Shown here one piece after another: positions 18,406 to 29,100 of a stretch of DNA of 64,000 nt. Where the stretch lies: positions 129,854 to 193,853 of the forward strand of contig JBAZUT010000001.1 of assembly GCA_041661265.1 (NCBI GenBank), in the 5' to 3' direction. The translations under genes and the position numbers were made by a program. Source of the stretch: Minisyncoccota bacterium. GTDB lineage: Bacteria; Patescibacteriota; Minisyncoccia; JAHIHE01; JAGLIN01. Every line of letters begins with the position of its first letter. The stretch's first letter is position 1. The notes beneath the pieces were generated by a model, which saw nothing but the letters and a program-made list of their open reading frames with translations, was not told the origin of the DNA and made no database searches.

Positions 18406-18821
18406 GCGAACAAATATATCCCGAACCGACATGCGGCGCGCTGATCTTTAATCCAAAAGGACAGATATTTTTGATGAGATCCTATAAGTGGAAAGATAAA
18501 TATGTCATTCCCGGAGGCCACATCGAACTGGGAGAAAAAATGCCGGACACAGTGAAAAGAGAGGTCAAGGAGGAAACCGGAATGGATATACGCGACATAG
18601 AATTTATCTGCTTCCAGGAGTTTATTTTCGGTGATGAGTGCTGGAAAAAGAAACACTTTATTTTCTTTGATTTTGCCTGCGAAACAGATTCTGCAGAGGT
18701 CACGCTTAACTCCGAAGGGCAAGAGTTTATCTGGACCGGTTTGCAGGAGGCCCTGAAACTGCCAGTGGAACCATACACAATGCATGTTATCAAAGAATAC
18801 ATGAAACTTCGCGTGAAATGA
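18402..18821 (+). CDS. Nudix hydrolase
   Basis: Nudix box GGHIELGEKMPDTVKREVKEETG (GX5EX7REUXEEXGU). Confidence 0.85.
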   Translation: MSEQIYPEPTCGALIFNPKGQIFLMRSYKWKDKYVIPGGHIELGEKMPDTVKREVKEETGMDIRDIEFICFQEFIFGDECWKKKHFIFFDFACETDSAEVTLNSEGQEFIWTGLQEALKLPVEPYTMHVIKEYMKLRVK

Positions 18822-18886
18822 TCATTTTGCCAAAACAAAAACCTGCATAATCTGTTCGTTCAGAGTTCTGCAGGCAACTGATTCTT

Positions 18887-19084
18887 TTATGTTCTACTCC
18901 TTAGGGGCGGCATGTAGGTCACAACTATCAATGCGACCGCCGGAATGATCTCAGAGATCACTTTATATCGTTTTATGTGATCAAATTGGATCAAACCCGC
19001 AATCACAGGCAAAGCCACTGCCGCCACGATCATAAAGCCGACAAGTCTTAACATATTTTCTTTAGACGTTCCATACAACTTCAT
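18887..19084 (-). CDS. small membrane protein (2 TM), hypothetical
   Basis: A GGAGGA RBS lies 7 nt upstream of the ATG on the minus strand. The product is hydrophobic and 65 aa. Confidence 0.4.
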   Translation of the reverse strand: MKLYGTSKENMLRLVGFMIVAAVALPVIAGLIQFDHIKRYKVISEIIPAVALIVVTYMPPLRSRT

Positions 19085-19351
19085 ATTTCAATCCTCCGGA
19101 TTTCATTCGCTTTGTTCGTTTCACGCAAATAAAATCACGCAAAATGTATTTATATTATATCATAAATATAATCACGTGTCAATAAGGGCTTAATTCAACT
19201 TTTGCTCTTGCCAAAAAGAAAAGCCCGTGCTAACATAAAAACACTTAGATATATGGCGTATATGACATACTTTATACGTCCAAAGGTCCATGTATATCTG
19301 TTTTTATTGTGTTCGGTGAACTTTTAATCAATCAAATTTAATCAAAGAAAA

Positions 19352-20179
19352 ATGACAAATTACGAAGTCTTGTACATTCTGCCCTCAAGCCTCACAAGCA
19401 AGGAAATTGCCGATAATTTCAAGGATATAAGAGAGAATATCGAAAAATTGGGCGCTAAAATGCTTGTAACTCTCGTTGACCACCCATTCCTCGTAAAAGC
19501 GGAAGCTTCAAGAGAGGAAGAAACCGAGGAATTGAAAGGCCTCACTATAGTAAAAAAGAAACTTGCTTATCCCATCAAAAAGAATAAGATCGGTTTCTAT
19601 TGCCTTATTAATTTCAGTATCGAGGGAGCGGACGTTCATAAGATCGACAGATATCTCGCTCTCAACAACACCGTCCTTAGATACATCATCGTCCAAGCTG
19701 ATCCTATGACCGTGGATGAGCTCGCCCTGCTTCATAAACTGTTCGCAAGAAAAAGAGCCGAGCAGGAAAAAGAAGAAAAGGACAGAGAGAAAGAAGAAAG
19801 AGAAGCCAGAGAAGAAAAGAAGGAAGCAAGGATCGAAAAACCGGTGTTTAAAGAAATGAAGAAAGAAGAAGCAAAGGAAGAAGTCAAAGAAGAAGCTGCT
19901 CCGAAAGAAGAAAAGAAGGAAGAAAAAGAAGAAGTTGAGGCCAAAAAAGAGAAGGAAAAGAAAGAAGTGAAGAAAGAAAAAGAAGAAGAGAAAGCTCCCA
20001 AGAAGGAAAAGAAAGAAGTGAAGAAAGAAAAGACAGCTCCTAAGGAGGAAAAGTCCGAAGAGTCCGAAGAAGAACCTAAAGAAGAGAAAAAGAAAGACAG
20101 CGGAAAGAGGAAAAAGAAGATCAAGCTGGAAGACCTTGAAGACAAGCTTGATGAGATCCTCGAAGATACGATGATATAA
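19352..20179 (+). CDS. rpsF: 30S ribosomal protein S6 with ~150-aa Lys/Glu-rich C-terminal extension
   Basis: S6 core YEVLYILPSSL...KLAYPIKKNKIGFYCLINFSIEGADVHKIDRYLALNNTVLRYIIV, followed by KEEKKEEKEE repeats. Classic rpsF-ssb-rpsR order. Confidence 0.85.
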   Translation: MTNYEVLYILPSSLTSKEIADNFKDIRENIEKLGAKMLVTLVDHPFLVKAEASREEETEELKGLTIVKKKLAYPIKKNKIGFYCLINFSIEGADVHKIDRYLALNNTVLRYIIVQADPMTVDELALLHKLFARKRAEQEKEEKDREKEEREAREEKKEARIEKPVFKEMKKEEAKEEVKEEAAPKEEKKEEKEEVEAKKEKEKKEVKKEKEEEKAPKKEKKEVKKEKTAPKEEKSEESEEEPKEEKKKDSGKRKKKIKLEDLEDKLDEILEDTMI

Positions 20180-20354
20180 ACGGCAGATACGGTATTTATA
20201 TCATATATGATCTATAGCAACGCTTTCATCATTTTGTTATAGAATTGTATTATTCACATTACTGCATCGCTGCATTATCCTGTTGCCGAAAGGCGATGCG
20301 ATAATGATCGACAGCAACGGAGCAATACAACAGTTTAACAATTCATTCAAACAC

Positions 20355-20828
20355 ATGAACTTTAATAAAGCTATAATCATTGGAAGAGTGACCAAAGATC
20401 CGGAAGTGAGAACGACTCCCAGCGGCCAGAATGTCGCCTCGATCGGAGTCGCGACCAACAGGGTCTGGAATTCGAACAGCGGAGGAAAACAGGAAAAGAC
20501 TGAATTCCACAACATTGTAGCCTGGGGAAAATTAGCCGACATTTGCGGCCAATATCTCACCAAGGGACAGCTTGTCATGTTCGAAGGACGCCTCGAAACC
20601 AGGACATGGGACGGACAGGATGGTGTGAAAAGATCAAGGACGGAAATAATCGCCGAAAATATGCAGATGGGCCCTAGAGCGGGACAAAAAGGCGGATATT
20701 CCGCTCCGCAGGGCGATGACGCAAAGAGCCCGGCCAAGACAAGCGAAAAAGCGAAGCCCGAAGATGCTCCCAAGCCAAGCCAGAACGAGAGCGAAGAAGA
20801 GATAAAGATCGAAGACATCCCGTTCTAA
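20355..20828 (+). CDS. ssb: single-stranded DNA-binding protein
   Basis: MNFNKAIIIGRVTKDPEVRTTPSGQNVASIGVATNRVW...IVAWGKLA is an OB fold. The acidic C-terminal tail ends in DIPF. Upstream ATGs at 20283 and 20304 are alternative starts. Confidence 0.85.
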   Translation: MNFNKAIIIGRVTKDPEVRTTPSGQNVASIGVATNRVWNSNSGGKQEKTEFHNIVAWGKLADICGQYLTKGQLVMFEGRLETRTWDGQDGVKRSRTEIIAENMQMGPRAGQKGGYSAPQGDDAKSPAKTSEKAKPEDAPKPSQNESEEEIKIEDIPF

Positions 20829-20873
20829 GCTTGAACGAGACAGAAACATTTAAACACACTTTAAGCCAAATAA

Positions 20874-21113
20874 ATGAGAATGAACAACAACCAGAGAGAG
20901 ATAAATGTACCGAAAAAGCATTGCCTTTTCTGCATCGAAAGAGAAAGGAATGTGGACTACAAGGATCCTCAGACGCTCCGAAGATTCATCAATCAGAGAG
21001 CTAAGATCATGCAACCCAAGAAGACCGGAGCTTGCACAAAGCACCAGAGATTGGTTGCAAACGCGATTAAAAGAGCGAGATTCATAGGTCTGCTTCCTTA
21101 TATTTCAAAGTAA
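20874..21113 (+). CDS. rpsR: 30S ribosomal protein S18
   Basis: CLFCIERERNVDYKDPQTLRRFINQRAKIMQPKKTGACTKHQRLVANAIKRARFIGLLPY. Confidence 0.9.
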   Translation: MRMNNNQREINVPKKHCLFCIERERNVDYKDPQTLRRFINQRAKIMQPKKTGACTKHQRLVANAIKRARFIGLLPYISK

Positions 21114-21130
21114 GAAGCGCGATCTATAAA

Positions 21131-21166
21131 ATAAACAAAACAGCCCGATCAGGGGCTGTTTTGTTT
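21131..21166. terminator. bidirectional rho-independent terminator between rpsR (+) and recA (-)
   Basis: aaaacagcccgatcaggggctgttttg has a perfect 7-bp stem flanked by an A-run and a T-run. Confidence 0.7.
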
Positions 21167-21181
21167 ATGTGAAAACTTTTT

Positions 21182-22237
21182 TTACAATGCCGCATTCTTC
21201 ACTTCTTCTTTTACGGCTTTGTATATTCCGGCGACCAGCTCACTCGTCAGCTTTGGATTTTCTTTGAGGTATTTCCTGCTTGCTTCATATCCCTGTCCGA
21301 GTTTTTCGGATCCGTAGTTATACCAGGCGCCGCCCTTGGAAACTATATTGTATTTTACCGCTGTGTTCAGAACGTCTCCGAAATATGCTATCCCCTCGTT
21401 GTGCATCAGATCGAATTCGGCGATCTTGAATGGAGGAGCGATCTTGTTCTTGACCACTTTGGCCTTGACCCTGCTTCCGATCACATTGTCGCCCTGCTTT
21501 ATTTGGGCGGACCTTCTCACTTCTATCCTCACCGAAGAATAGAATTTGAGCGCGTTCCCTCCGGTCGTCGTTTCGGGATTTCCGAATACGACTCCGATCT
21601 TCATCCTGATCTGGTTTATGAAAATAACGGTGGCATTCGATTTGTGGACGATGCTGGTGAGTTTCCTGAGCGCCTGGCTCATGAGGCGGGCCTGAAGACC
21701 CATATGAGAGTCGCCCATCTCACCTTCGATCTCCGCTTTCGGAGTCAGCGCCGCCACCGAGTCGATCACGATCAGATCCACTGCGCCGGACCTGACCAGA
21801 GCTTCAACGATCTCGAGAGCCTGCTCTCCGCTGTCCGGCTGCGAGATGATAAGATCGTTTATCTTGACGCCTATCCTTTTGGCATATTCCGGATCAAGAG
21901 CATGCTCCGCATCCACAAACGCCGCTATGCCTTTCTTTTTCTGGAGCTCCGCGATGACATGCAGTGTCAGCGTTGTCTTTCCGCTGGCTTCCGGACCATA
22001 CACCTCGATTATCCTTCCTTTCGGGATCCCTCCGCCGAGAGCTATATCCAGCGAGATCGATCCTGTCGGAATAAAATCGATATCCATGGTCCTTGCTTCT
22101 CCAAGCTTCATGATGGACCCTTCTCCGAACCTGCCCTTTATTTCATCAAGCGTGTCATTGATGATCTTGTCTTTCTTGTCTTTTTCTTCTGTCGACTTCT
22201 TTTCTTCCGCCAGCTTCTTTTTTTCTTCTTTTGCCAT
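21182..22237 (-). CDS. recA: recombinase RecA (with ~25-aa KE-rich N-terminal extension)
   Basis: Walker [21 protein letters not shown], and L2 region [35 protein letters not shown]. Confidence 0.95.
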   Translation of the reverse strand: MAKEEKKKLAEEKKSTEEKDKKDKIINDTLDEIKGRFGEGSIMKLGEARTMDIDFIPTGSISLDIALGGGIPKGRIIEVYGPEASGKTTLTLHVIAELQKKKGIAAFVDAEHALDPEYAKRIGVKINDLIISQPDSGEQALEIVEALVRSGAVDLIVIDSVAALTPKAEIEGEMGDSHMGLQARLMSQALRKLTSIVHKSNATVIFINQIRMKIGVVFGNPETTTGGNALKFYSSVRIEVRRSAQIKQGDNVIGSRVKAKVVKNKIAPPFKIAEFDLMHNEGIAYFGDVLNTAVKYNIVSKGGAWYNYGSEKLGQGYEASRKYLKENPKLTSELVAGIYKAVKEEVKNAAL

Positions 22238-22280
22238 ATTTTTTTATTGGTTACAATTTAATATTCGAAATTATTTAATA

Positions 22281-23009
22281 TTATCCTTCGATATTATTTT
22301 TCAAATAGTCTTGTGGAACAGCATCGATCTTTTTCTGATACACAACATCAATATCCTCTTTGGTGGATTTTTCAAACCTGTTCTTTGCTTCGACGGTGAT
22401 CTGATTCCTCCCCGGCTGAAGCGATATGATCTCCTTGAACTTTCCGTCCGCGCTGACATAAACACTCTGGCCGTTTATCTCGATGGAGACCTCCTTCTCA
22501 GTCTCTCCTTCAACTGAAATCTCGGGATTTTCGACGATAGCATTCTCCGAAGGGCTTTTCACAAGAAGGTACGGCTTTGAACTGAACGAACTGATCTGAT
22601 GCCACAAATAGTATCCGACCACAACGACGATGATCGCGCTGAAAAAAACAGTGACCACCCTCGGAGTGACAATAGGATAGTTCGAGTCGTATTTTGCTTT
22701 TTTCGGGGTTTCTTTCGGCGCTTTTTCGATCTTATCGTTCACAGTCACTTCTCTCTTGAACATATTTACCATCTTCGAAGCATCAAAACCCACAAATTCA
22801 GCATAAGCCCTGATAAATCCCTTCACATAGACTTCCGGCGGAAGATTGCCATAATCGTCGTTCTCTATGCTTTCGATATATTCGGGTTTGATCTTCAACT
22901 TTGCTCCAAGATCATGCACTGTGATCCCCATCTCTTCTCTTTTGGACTTGAAACACTCCCCTACAGTTACGCTTTCTACGACTTTTTTTGTCTTGAATTT
23001 TCCTAGCAT
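22281..23009 (-). CDS. RodZ-like membrane protein (N-terminal XRE-type HTH, single TM, C-terminal beta domain)
   Basis: ECFKSKREEMGITVHDLGAKLKIKPEYIESIENDDYGNLPPEVYVKGFIRAYAEFVGFD matches the RodZ N-terminus. A TM lies at VFFSAIIVVVVGYYLW. Confidence 0.6.
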   Translation of the reverse strand: MLGKFKTKKVVESVTVGECFKSKREEMGITVHDLGAKLKIKPEYIESIENDDYGNLPPEVYVKGFIRAYAEFVGFDASKMVNMFKREVTVNDKIEKAPKETPKKAKYDSNYPIVTPRVVTVFFSAIIVVVVGYYLWHQISSFSSKPYLLVKSPSENAIVENPEISVEGETEKEVSIEINGQSVYVSADGKFKEIISLQPGRNQITVEAKNRFEKSTKEDIDVVYQKKIDAVPQDYLKNNIEG

Positions 23010-23012
23010 AAA

Positions 23013-25427
23013 TTAATATGATTCTTGTGAATTCTCTTCTTCAACTAAATTTCCATTCCCATCCGTTGAAGCATCCTCTTGCGAAATTGTATTATCGGCA
23101 TAGACCTCTCTGGGTTTTGCTCCCTCTCCCGGCCCGATTATGCCTTTGTCTTCCATGAGATCGAGCAGCCGCGCGGCTCTTGCATAACCCACGCTCATCC
23201 TCCGCTGAAGAAGCGATGCCGAAGCCTTTCCCGCGCTCCTTACGACTTCAACCGCTTCGTCAAAACGGTCGTCTTCGCTTTCCGAATCTTCGCTTTCCGA
23301 ATCGAATCCCAGCTTGCTTTTCTTGCTCGCGGTCACCTCTTCGTTATATTCGACCTCTCCTTCTTTCTGGCTCTTCAGGTATTCCGAAACCTTATTGACC
23401 TCTTCTTCAGAAACGAAAACTCCCTGGATCCTTCTGGGCTTATTCGATTCATTGGACAGATACAGCATGTCTCCGCTTCCGAGGAGCTTCTCGGCGCCGC
23501 CCATGTCGAGAATAGTCCTTGAATCGATCTGGCTTGCGACCTGGAACGCGATCCTGGTCGTTATGTTCGCCTTGATAAGTCCGGTTATGACCTCAACAGA
23601 AGGCCTCTGCGTCGAAAGAACAAGGTGTATGCCGACAGCTCTCGCCATCTGGGCAAGACGGACGACCGTGGCTTCCATTTCCCGTCCGTGCGTCGCCATA
23701 AGATCGGCGAGCTCGTCAATGACGATCACGATATATGGAAGGACATCCAGCTGAGTATATTTCGTAATAACCGCATTATTATAGGATTCGATGTTCCTGC
23801 ATCCGATGTGGCTGAGAAGTTCATATCTGTTGTCCATTTCTCCGATCGACCACTTGAGGGCATTTATGGCCTTATCCGGATCCGTTATGACCGGAGTCAG
23901 AAGATGCGGGATCTCATTATATGAAGTGAGTTCGACCCTCTTGGGATCGACCATGATAAACTTGATGGTCTCGGGAGAATTCTGGAACAACAGTCCGGTG
24001 ATCAGAGTGTTGACGCAGACCGTCTTTCCGCTCCCCGTCGCTCCGGCGATCATAAGATGCGGCATCTTGGCCAAATTTGCGATGATAGGAGTTCCTGAAA
24101 CATCGCGACCGAGAATAATGCTCAGATTTGATTTTCTGTTATGGAACTCTTTCGAATTCAGAATACTTTTTAGCCTCACCATTGCCACAGCCTGATTCGG
24201 GATCTCGATGCCGACCAGGGATTTTCCGGGGATCGGAGCCTCGATTCGGAGCGATCTTGCCGCAAGAGCCAGCGCAAGGTCATTTTGCAAACCGGTTATC
24301 CTGCTGAGTTTTATTCCCACCGCAGGCTTCAGTGTGTATTGAGTGACGGTCGGACCGACGTTCACATCCGCCATGTCCACCGCGATACCGAAATTCGCCA
24401 GAGTCCTTTTTATGATATTCGAATTCGCCTTTATGTCCCCGCTCGTAGGCTCGCTGTCCACTCCATCAAGAATATTCACGGATGGAAGTTTCCAGCTTCC
24501 GATCTTTTTCGGTCTTCTTGGTTTCTCCTCGATCTCTTCTATCGTTTCGTCATTGCCAGCCGAATCTCCTTCCTCGTCTTTAACTGAATTTTCCGCTTCC
24601 TGAGGAACATCTTCCGCTTCACCGGGAACTTCAACAGGCTTCACGGAGAATCCTGAATCTTCCTGAATCTCTTCCACTATCGGCTCTTCTTTCTTTTTCG
24701 ATCTGAATCTTTCAGCGATCGAAGCCAGAATACCGGATTTTTTCTCTTCATGTCCGGATACGTTGATCTTTATGTCTTTCACTTCCTCCACCTCGGATAC
24801 TTCTTCTTTCTCCTTCACCTGAACTTTTTCTTTCGGTTTTTTCGCCAGAAATTTTTTCAATATATCGGAAAGCGAAGCATTGAACGCTATGAGGATCGAG
24901 ACCAGAAAGAACATTGCGATCACGACTATAGCCCCGGAAGACCCTGCAAGACTGACAAAAAGCCATGCGAAAATTGCGCCTATATACCCTCCTCCCGTTC
25001 CGTCTCCCGCCTTCGCAACACTGAACATTTCTCCCGGATCATAGAACACATGAAAGAAAGAAACGATGGAAACCAGCATCATCGCGACTCCGAAGATCGA
25101 AGCTTCGCTCGCGCGTTCATTCTCGTCTTCCTCTGACCGTATTATTTTCCAGCCCCAAGCTATAAGCGCAAAAGGAAACAGTACATAGCCATATCCGAAC
25201 AGCAATTTCGTTATCCTATTGATCCCTTCTCCCAGACTTCCGGACAGATCGAAAAAACTGAGAATTATTATCACTGAAAATGAAAATATAAAAATTCCGA
25301 GTATATCTCTTTTTATTTTATCGCTTATGCTGATCCTGGGAAGTTCCAGCTTCGGTTCCAGAAAACTGTTATTTTTCCTTTTTCTTCTTGACATATATGG
25401 GGTATTTTTTATGATGTTTACCTTCAT
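23013..25427 (-). CDS. ftsK: DNA translocase FtsK/SpoIIIE
   Basis: N-terminal TM helices. Motor domain with Walker A GATGSGKTVCVN and Walker B VIVIDELADLM. C-terminal gamma wHTH LLQRRMSVGYARAARLLDLMEDKGIIG. Confidence 0.9.
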   Translation of the reverse strand: MKVNIIKNTPYMSRRKRKNNSFLEPKLELPRISISDKIKRDILGIFIFSFSVIIILSFFDLSGSLGEGINRITKLLFGYGYVLFPFALIAWGWKIIRSEEDENERASEASIFGVAMMLVSIVSFFHVFYDPGEMFSVAKAGDGTGGGYIGAIFAWLFVSLAGSSGAIVVIAMFFLVSILIAFNASLSDILKKFLAKKPKEKVQVKEKEEVSEVEEVKDIKINVSGHEEKKSGILASIAERFRSKKKEEPIVEEIQEDSGFSVKPVEVPGEAEDVPQEAENSVKDEEGDSAGNDETIEEIEEKPRRPKKIGSWKLPSVNILDGVDSEPTSGDIKANSNIIKRTLANFGIAVDMADVNVGPTVTQYTLKPAVGIKLSRITGLQNDLALALAARSLRIEAPIPGKSLVGIEIPNQAVAMVRLKSILNSKEFHNRKSNLSIILGRDVSGTPIIANLAKMPHLMIAGATGSGKTVCVNTLITGLLFQNSPETIKFIMVDPKRVELTSYNEIPHLLTPVITDPDKAINALKWSIGEMDNRYELLSHIGCRNIESYNNAVITKYTQLDVLPYIVIVIDELADLMATHGREMEATVVRLAQMARAVGIHLVLSTQRPSVEVITGLIKANITTRIAFQVASQIDSRTILDMGGAEKLLGSGDMLYLSNESNKPRRIQGVFVSEEEVNKVSEYLKSQKEGEVEYNEEVTASKKSKLGFDSESEDSESEDDRFDEAVEVVRSAGKASASLLQRRMSVGYARAARLLDLMEDKGIIGPGEGAKPREVYADNTISQEDASTDGNGNLVEEENSQESY

Positions 25428-25547
25428 ATTATAGCTTAAAAATAATACTAAAGCAAAAACAGCGCACTTGACATTTTCCGGATTTCTGATAGGATATAGT
25501 GTTAATTATGGCTCCCGATTTGGAGTTATGATTAAGGAGGAACAAGT

Positions 25548-26039
25548 ATGTCTATGAGTCAATTCGATTTGTATTTCTATGTGTCCGGAATCGTTGGGAT
25601 AGTATCGATGATGGCCTTGCTTCTGAATATCGGGAAAAATAGGATCAAACCGCATACGACATTGGTCGGACTTCTTATATGCACCACTCTATCAGGAGTC
25701 GCTATCATAACGACAATGGGAGTATTTTCCTACGGCTCGAACTTTGATCCGATGATGATAGTGGTCTCAGTTTCGATCATATCCATGCTGGCCATAGCCA
25801 ATATTCAGCAGATAGCCGAAATAGCCGGCAGAAACAGTCTTGGCGTTCCGGCACCTCTCAAAGACGGGATATTTATTGCAGAAAGCAACAGCGAGAGATT
25901 CAACGGAATAAGCCGCGTCTGGCTCAGAAAACCGCCAAACGACAAGGGAACGGAAAGAGTATATGAGATACCAAAAAACACGCTAGTCCTGTCCGGACAA
26001 ACCGTCGAAGTGAAAAACGGAGAAATATTAATAATCTGA
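25548..26039 (+). CDS. hypothetical membrane protein (3 TM + soluble C-terminal domain)
   Basis: Strong RBS taaggaggaacaagtATG. Followed by a terminator. Confidence 0.6.
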   Translation: MSMSQFDLYFYVSGIVGIVSMMALLLNIGKNRIKPHTTLVGLLICTTLSGVAIITTMGVFSYGSNFDPMMIVVSVSIISMLAIANIQQIAEIAGRNSLGVPAPLKDGIFIAESNSERFNGISRVWLRKPPNDKGTERVYEIPKNTLVLSGQTVEVKNGEILII

Positions 26040-26041
26040 TC

Positions 26042-26068
26042 CTCTGCTGGAAAAAGCAGAGTTTTTTT
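26042..26068 (+). terminator. rho-independent terminator
   Basis: ctctgctggaaaaagcagag followed by ttttttt. Confidence 0.7.
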
Positions 26069-26142
26069 AAAGTTCGGATAAAGCAAGAAGGAGCTTAGCT
26101 CCTTAAATATTTTCCAATCACGTCGGTTCTGAATATAAATAT

Positions 26143-26178
26143 AAAAACAATCCCCGCTTTTATTGCGGGGTTGTTTTT
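26143..26178. terminator. bidirectional terminator downstream of the 3031-aa gene
   Basis: aaaaacaatccccgcttttattgcggggttgttttt. Confidence 0.6.
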
Positions 26179-26199
26179 ATCTGAACTGAACCTATGGAT

Positions 26200-29100
26200 C
26201 TATTGTTTCTTCGCGTAATCCTTTGAAACCCATCCTTCAATTCCCTTTGCGGTTTTGATCTTGAACCAATTTCCACTTTCGCCCAGAATGTCATACGTCT
26301 CGCCTTCTTTGGTAAATGCTAGGGTTTTTCCAAGGGTGGAATTTACAGACCTCACCCTTAACCACTTCGTGGTTATGATCAAGGTTCCTGTTGCAGAAGG
26401 CGCCGGTTCAACAGTTGCAGATGCGCCGGCAACAGAAGTGTATGAACCCAGGATCCAGCCTGTCTTTCCGGAAGGAGTGGTGATCTTATACCAGCCGTTA
26501 TTCTCTTCAAGAACGGAATAGTTTTCGTTCTTTTTTACAAAGCCCAATACTTTTCCGGTGGTACTATTCACAGAGCGGATGCGGAGAGTGGTGGCGGTGA
26601 TTGTAGCAACCCTTGTCGATTCTTCGACCGGAGTTCCTTCCGCATAAGTGCCAAGCTCGGCAACGCTTACTACTTTCACATCGGACCATTTGTAGCCGGC
26701 GGCATTGAATTCGGCCGCGGACTTCACATGCTTTCTAGTGTTGTTGTGGATGACATAAACTTTGTTATCCCCTTCAGCCCTGAGAAGCGTTACGGATCCG
26801 ACAGTCTTCACTACAGTTGCAGAAACAACCTTCACGTCAGACCATTTATATCCTCCTGCATTGAACTCTTCAAGCGTCTGGATCCAGACCTGGTTCCCGT
26901 TCTTCACAACATATACCTTCGGGGAATCGGAATATTTGAACAATGTCCCTTCAGGCTCAGTGGTCGGAGTCGAGACTGCGGGAGTTTCGGTTGTCGGAGT
27001 CTCGGTGATTGGAGTTGCAGCTTCACCTAAAGTTATCGAATCAGAAATTACAGATGACTGAACACCGGCCGAGTCTTTAAATTTGGCATATACGGTTTTC
27101 GTTCCGTTTCCGGAAGTCAATGTCCATCCCTTTGATGTCGCAAATGTTTCCCAGCTTACTCCATCGAAATTGGAAGTGTTGGAAATCGCCATATGCGTCG
27201 CGTTCGTGGCCGTGAGTGTCAATGTGACAGCCGCACCAGCCGTGCTTGCCGCACCTCCTGCAACTGAGATCGAAGCGCCAGTCACCGCCGTTATAGCCGG
27301 AGCTGACACTCCACCACCACCGGCAGGAGCAGCAGCTGCTGAAGTCGTAGCTGTAACTTCGCTTGAAGGCAAGGATTCACCTGAGGAATTCAGGGCTGTT
27401 ATCTTGTAATAATACGGGGTCGATGCGGAAAGTCCGGTATCAGTGTAGGAAGTGGTGGACCCGGATGAAACCGTGGGCTCGCTTCCAATCCTTGCGAATG
27501 TTCCGCCGGAAGAAGCGCTACGATAGATGTCATAGCTCGTCGCGCCGCTTGTCACGGTCCAGGAGAGATTGATCGAGCTTGAGCTTGCTGCAGTCGCTGA
27601 CAGTCCCGACGGAGTTGAAGGCGCTCCGGTTGTGGATGAAGTGGGCGCATAAAGCGAGAAGTGGCTTGTAGGAGCGGAGATAAGGACCGTGGACACATTG
27701 GACAACGTGTCGGAAGGAGTCAGGCCTGCAGTACTGGAATCCATTACTGTTCCGCTGGCATCTTTGTATGTGATGGTGCTTGGCAAAGTTACCCAGTTTG
27801 AATTGGTCTCATCCCAATAGGACATTTTGAGCATGTCCGCTTCCGCTTTGGTATTGATAGAGGCATCACTGCCTGACGGAGTCGCGGCCATTTCCGCTTT
27901 GCTGTAGGTCATTTCCACAGTTACGGAATCATTCAAATTTGTGATGGGATTGCCATCGGAGTCGGATGCCTTTATTTCTTTGGCCGCATTGATATAGGTT
28001 CCAGTGGCGGAATCATACTTCTTTACCGGTTTAGATGAACTTGTCTGGCGGACATTGTTCGTTTCTTTCGACTGTATATTTCCGGCGGATGTCGAGCTGC
28101 CGAGCGCGTTCGCGGGAACCGTAATCTTCACGCCCGCAGTGGTGTCTTCAAGAGTTCCTCCGCTGGCCGGTGTTATCGGTTTGGATTTAGGCGCTGAAAG
28201 AGTCACCTGAGTCGTCAAAGTGATGTCCTTTCCTGTTACGGATGCAGTCGTAATCGCGATCGGGTTTGAGGTATAAGCTGCTTCCGCATAGCCCTCTGCT
28301 ACGCCATACACTTTCCAGCTTCCGGCAGTAACATATAAAGTATAGTTACCGCTAGTATCGGCTTGCGTTCCGGCAAATCCGCCTCCTTGTTTTTCAGCTC
28401 GGACAAAAGCGTTAGCAGCCCCGGTTGCACCGATCTTAATTTGTCCCTGAATGGTTAAGGAAGTTGCGGCAAGCGTGTAAGTTCCGCTGGCCAGGTTTCC
28501 GTCGGTCACACCGGTATTTACCGTAATATTGGCCAGATCACTGACATAACCCGGTTTCATGGCCTGCACAAAATAGTCCGAAGAGGAGTTTACGACTTGC
28601 AAGGAGAAGGCTCCGCTGGCATTGGTCGAGGTCCCGAAGTGCACGCCCGTTGTCGGATCGCCGATCTCAACCCAGGCATTCTGGAGATTGTTGGTGCCAT
28701 CTGTCACGGTGCCGGACACTGTTCGCAGCGTAGGCAAGGTCACCGTGAGACCTTCATCACTATTTACAGTCAACAATTCAGATGAACTATTATAAGTCGT
28801 ATTACCATCCGTCGCGGCAATGGTCAAGGCGGATTTGGGCATGCCGGGAACATCAACTCTAACCGTATACGATCCGTCGGGAAGAGACATCGTAGCCGTC
28901 GTTTTATTCGTGATCCTCATCTTATTCCCGACTCCGGTGTTATTGAAAACCTCAATGAACGCTTCCGAAACGCTTGAGGAGAATGTGAATGTGATTGTTC
29001 TCGTGGCGCCAACCGTTATATCTTTATTGCTGATATTTCCCGCAACATTGAACGAAGCGAGCGGCAGCAATTCGCCGATATTCGGAGCAAATGCCTTGAT

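Noticed and set aside
11501-18821. Integrase or recombinase gene expected next to the two gene-end duplications
   Set aside because: None of the ORFs in or near the islands shows a tyrosine- or serine-recombinase signature. The elements are therefore described as remnants or scars rather than intact mobile elements.
19732-20145. Antisense Ser-rich ORF (137 aa) opposite the rpsF KE-rich tail, and similar antisense ORFs at 20237-20818, 21401-22261, 21846-22517
   Set aside because: These are low-complexity mirror images of real genes on the other strand (rpsF tail, ssb, recA). They have no RBS and no conservation signal.
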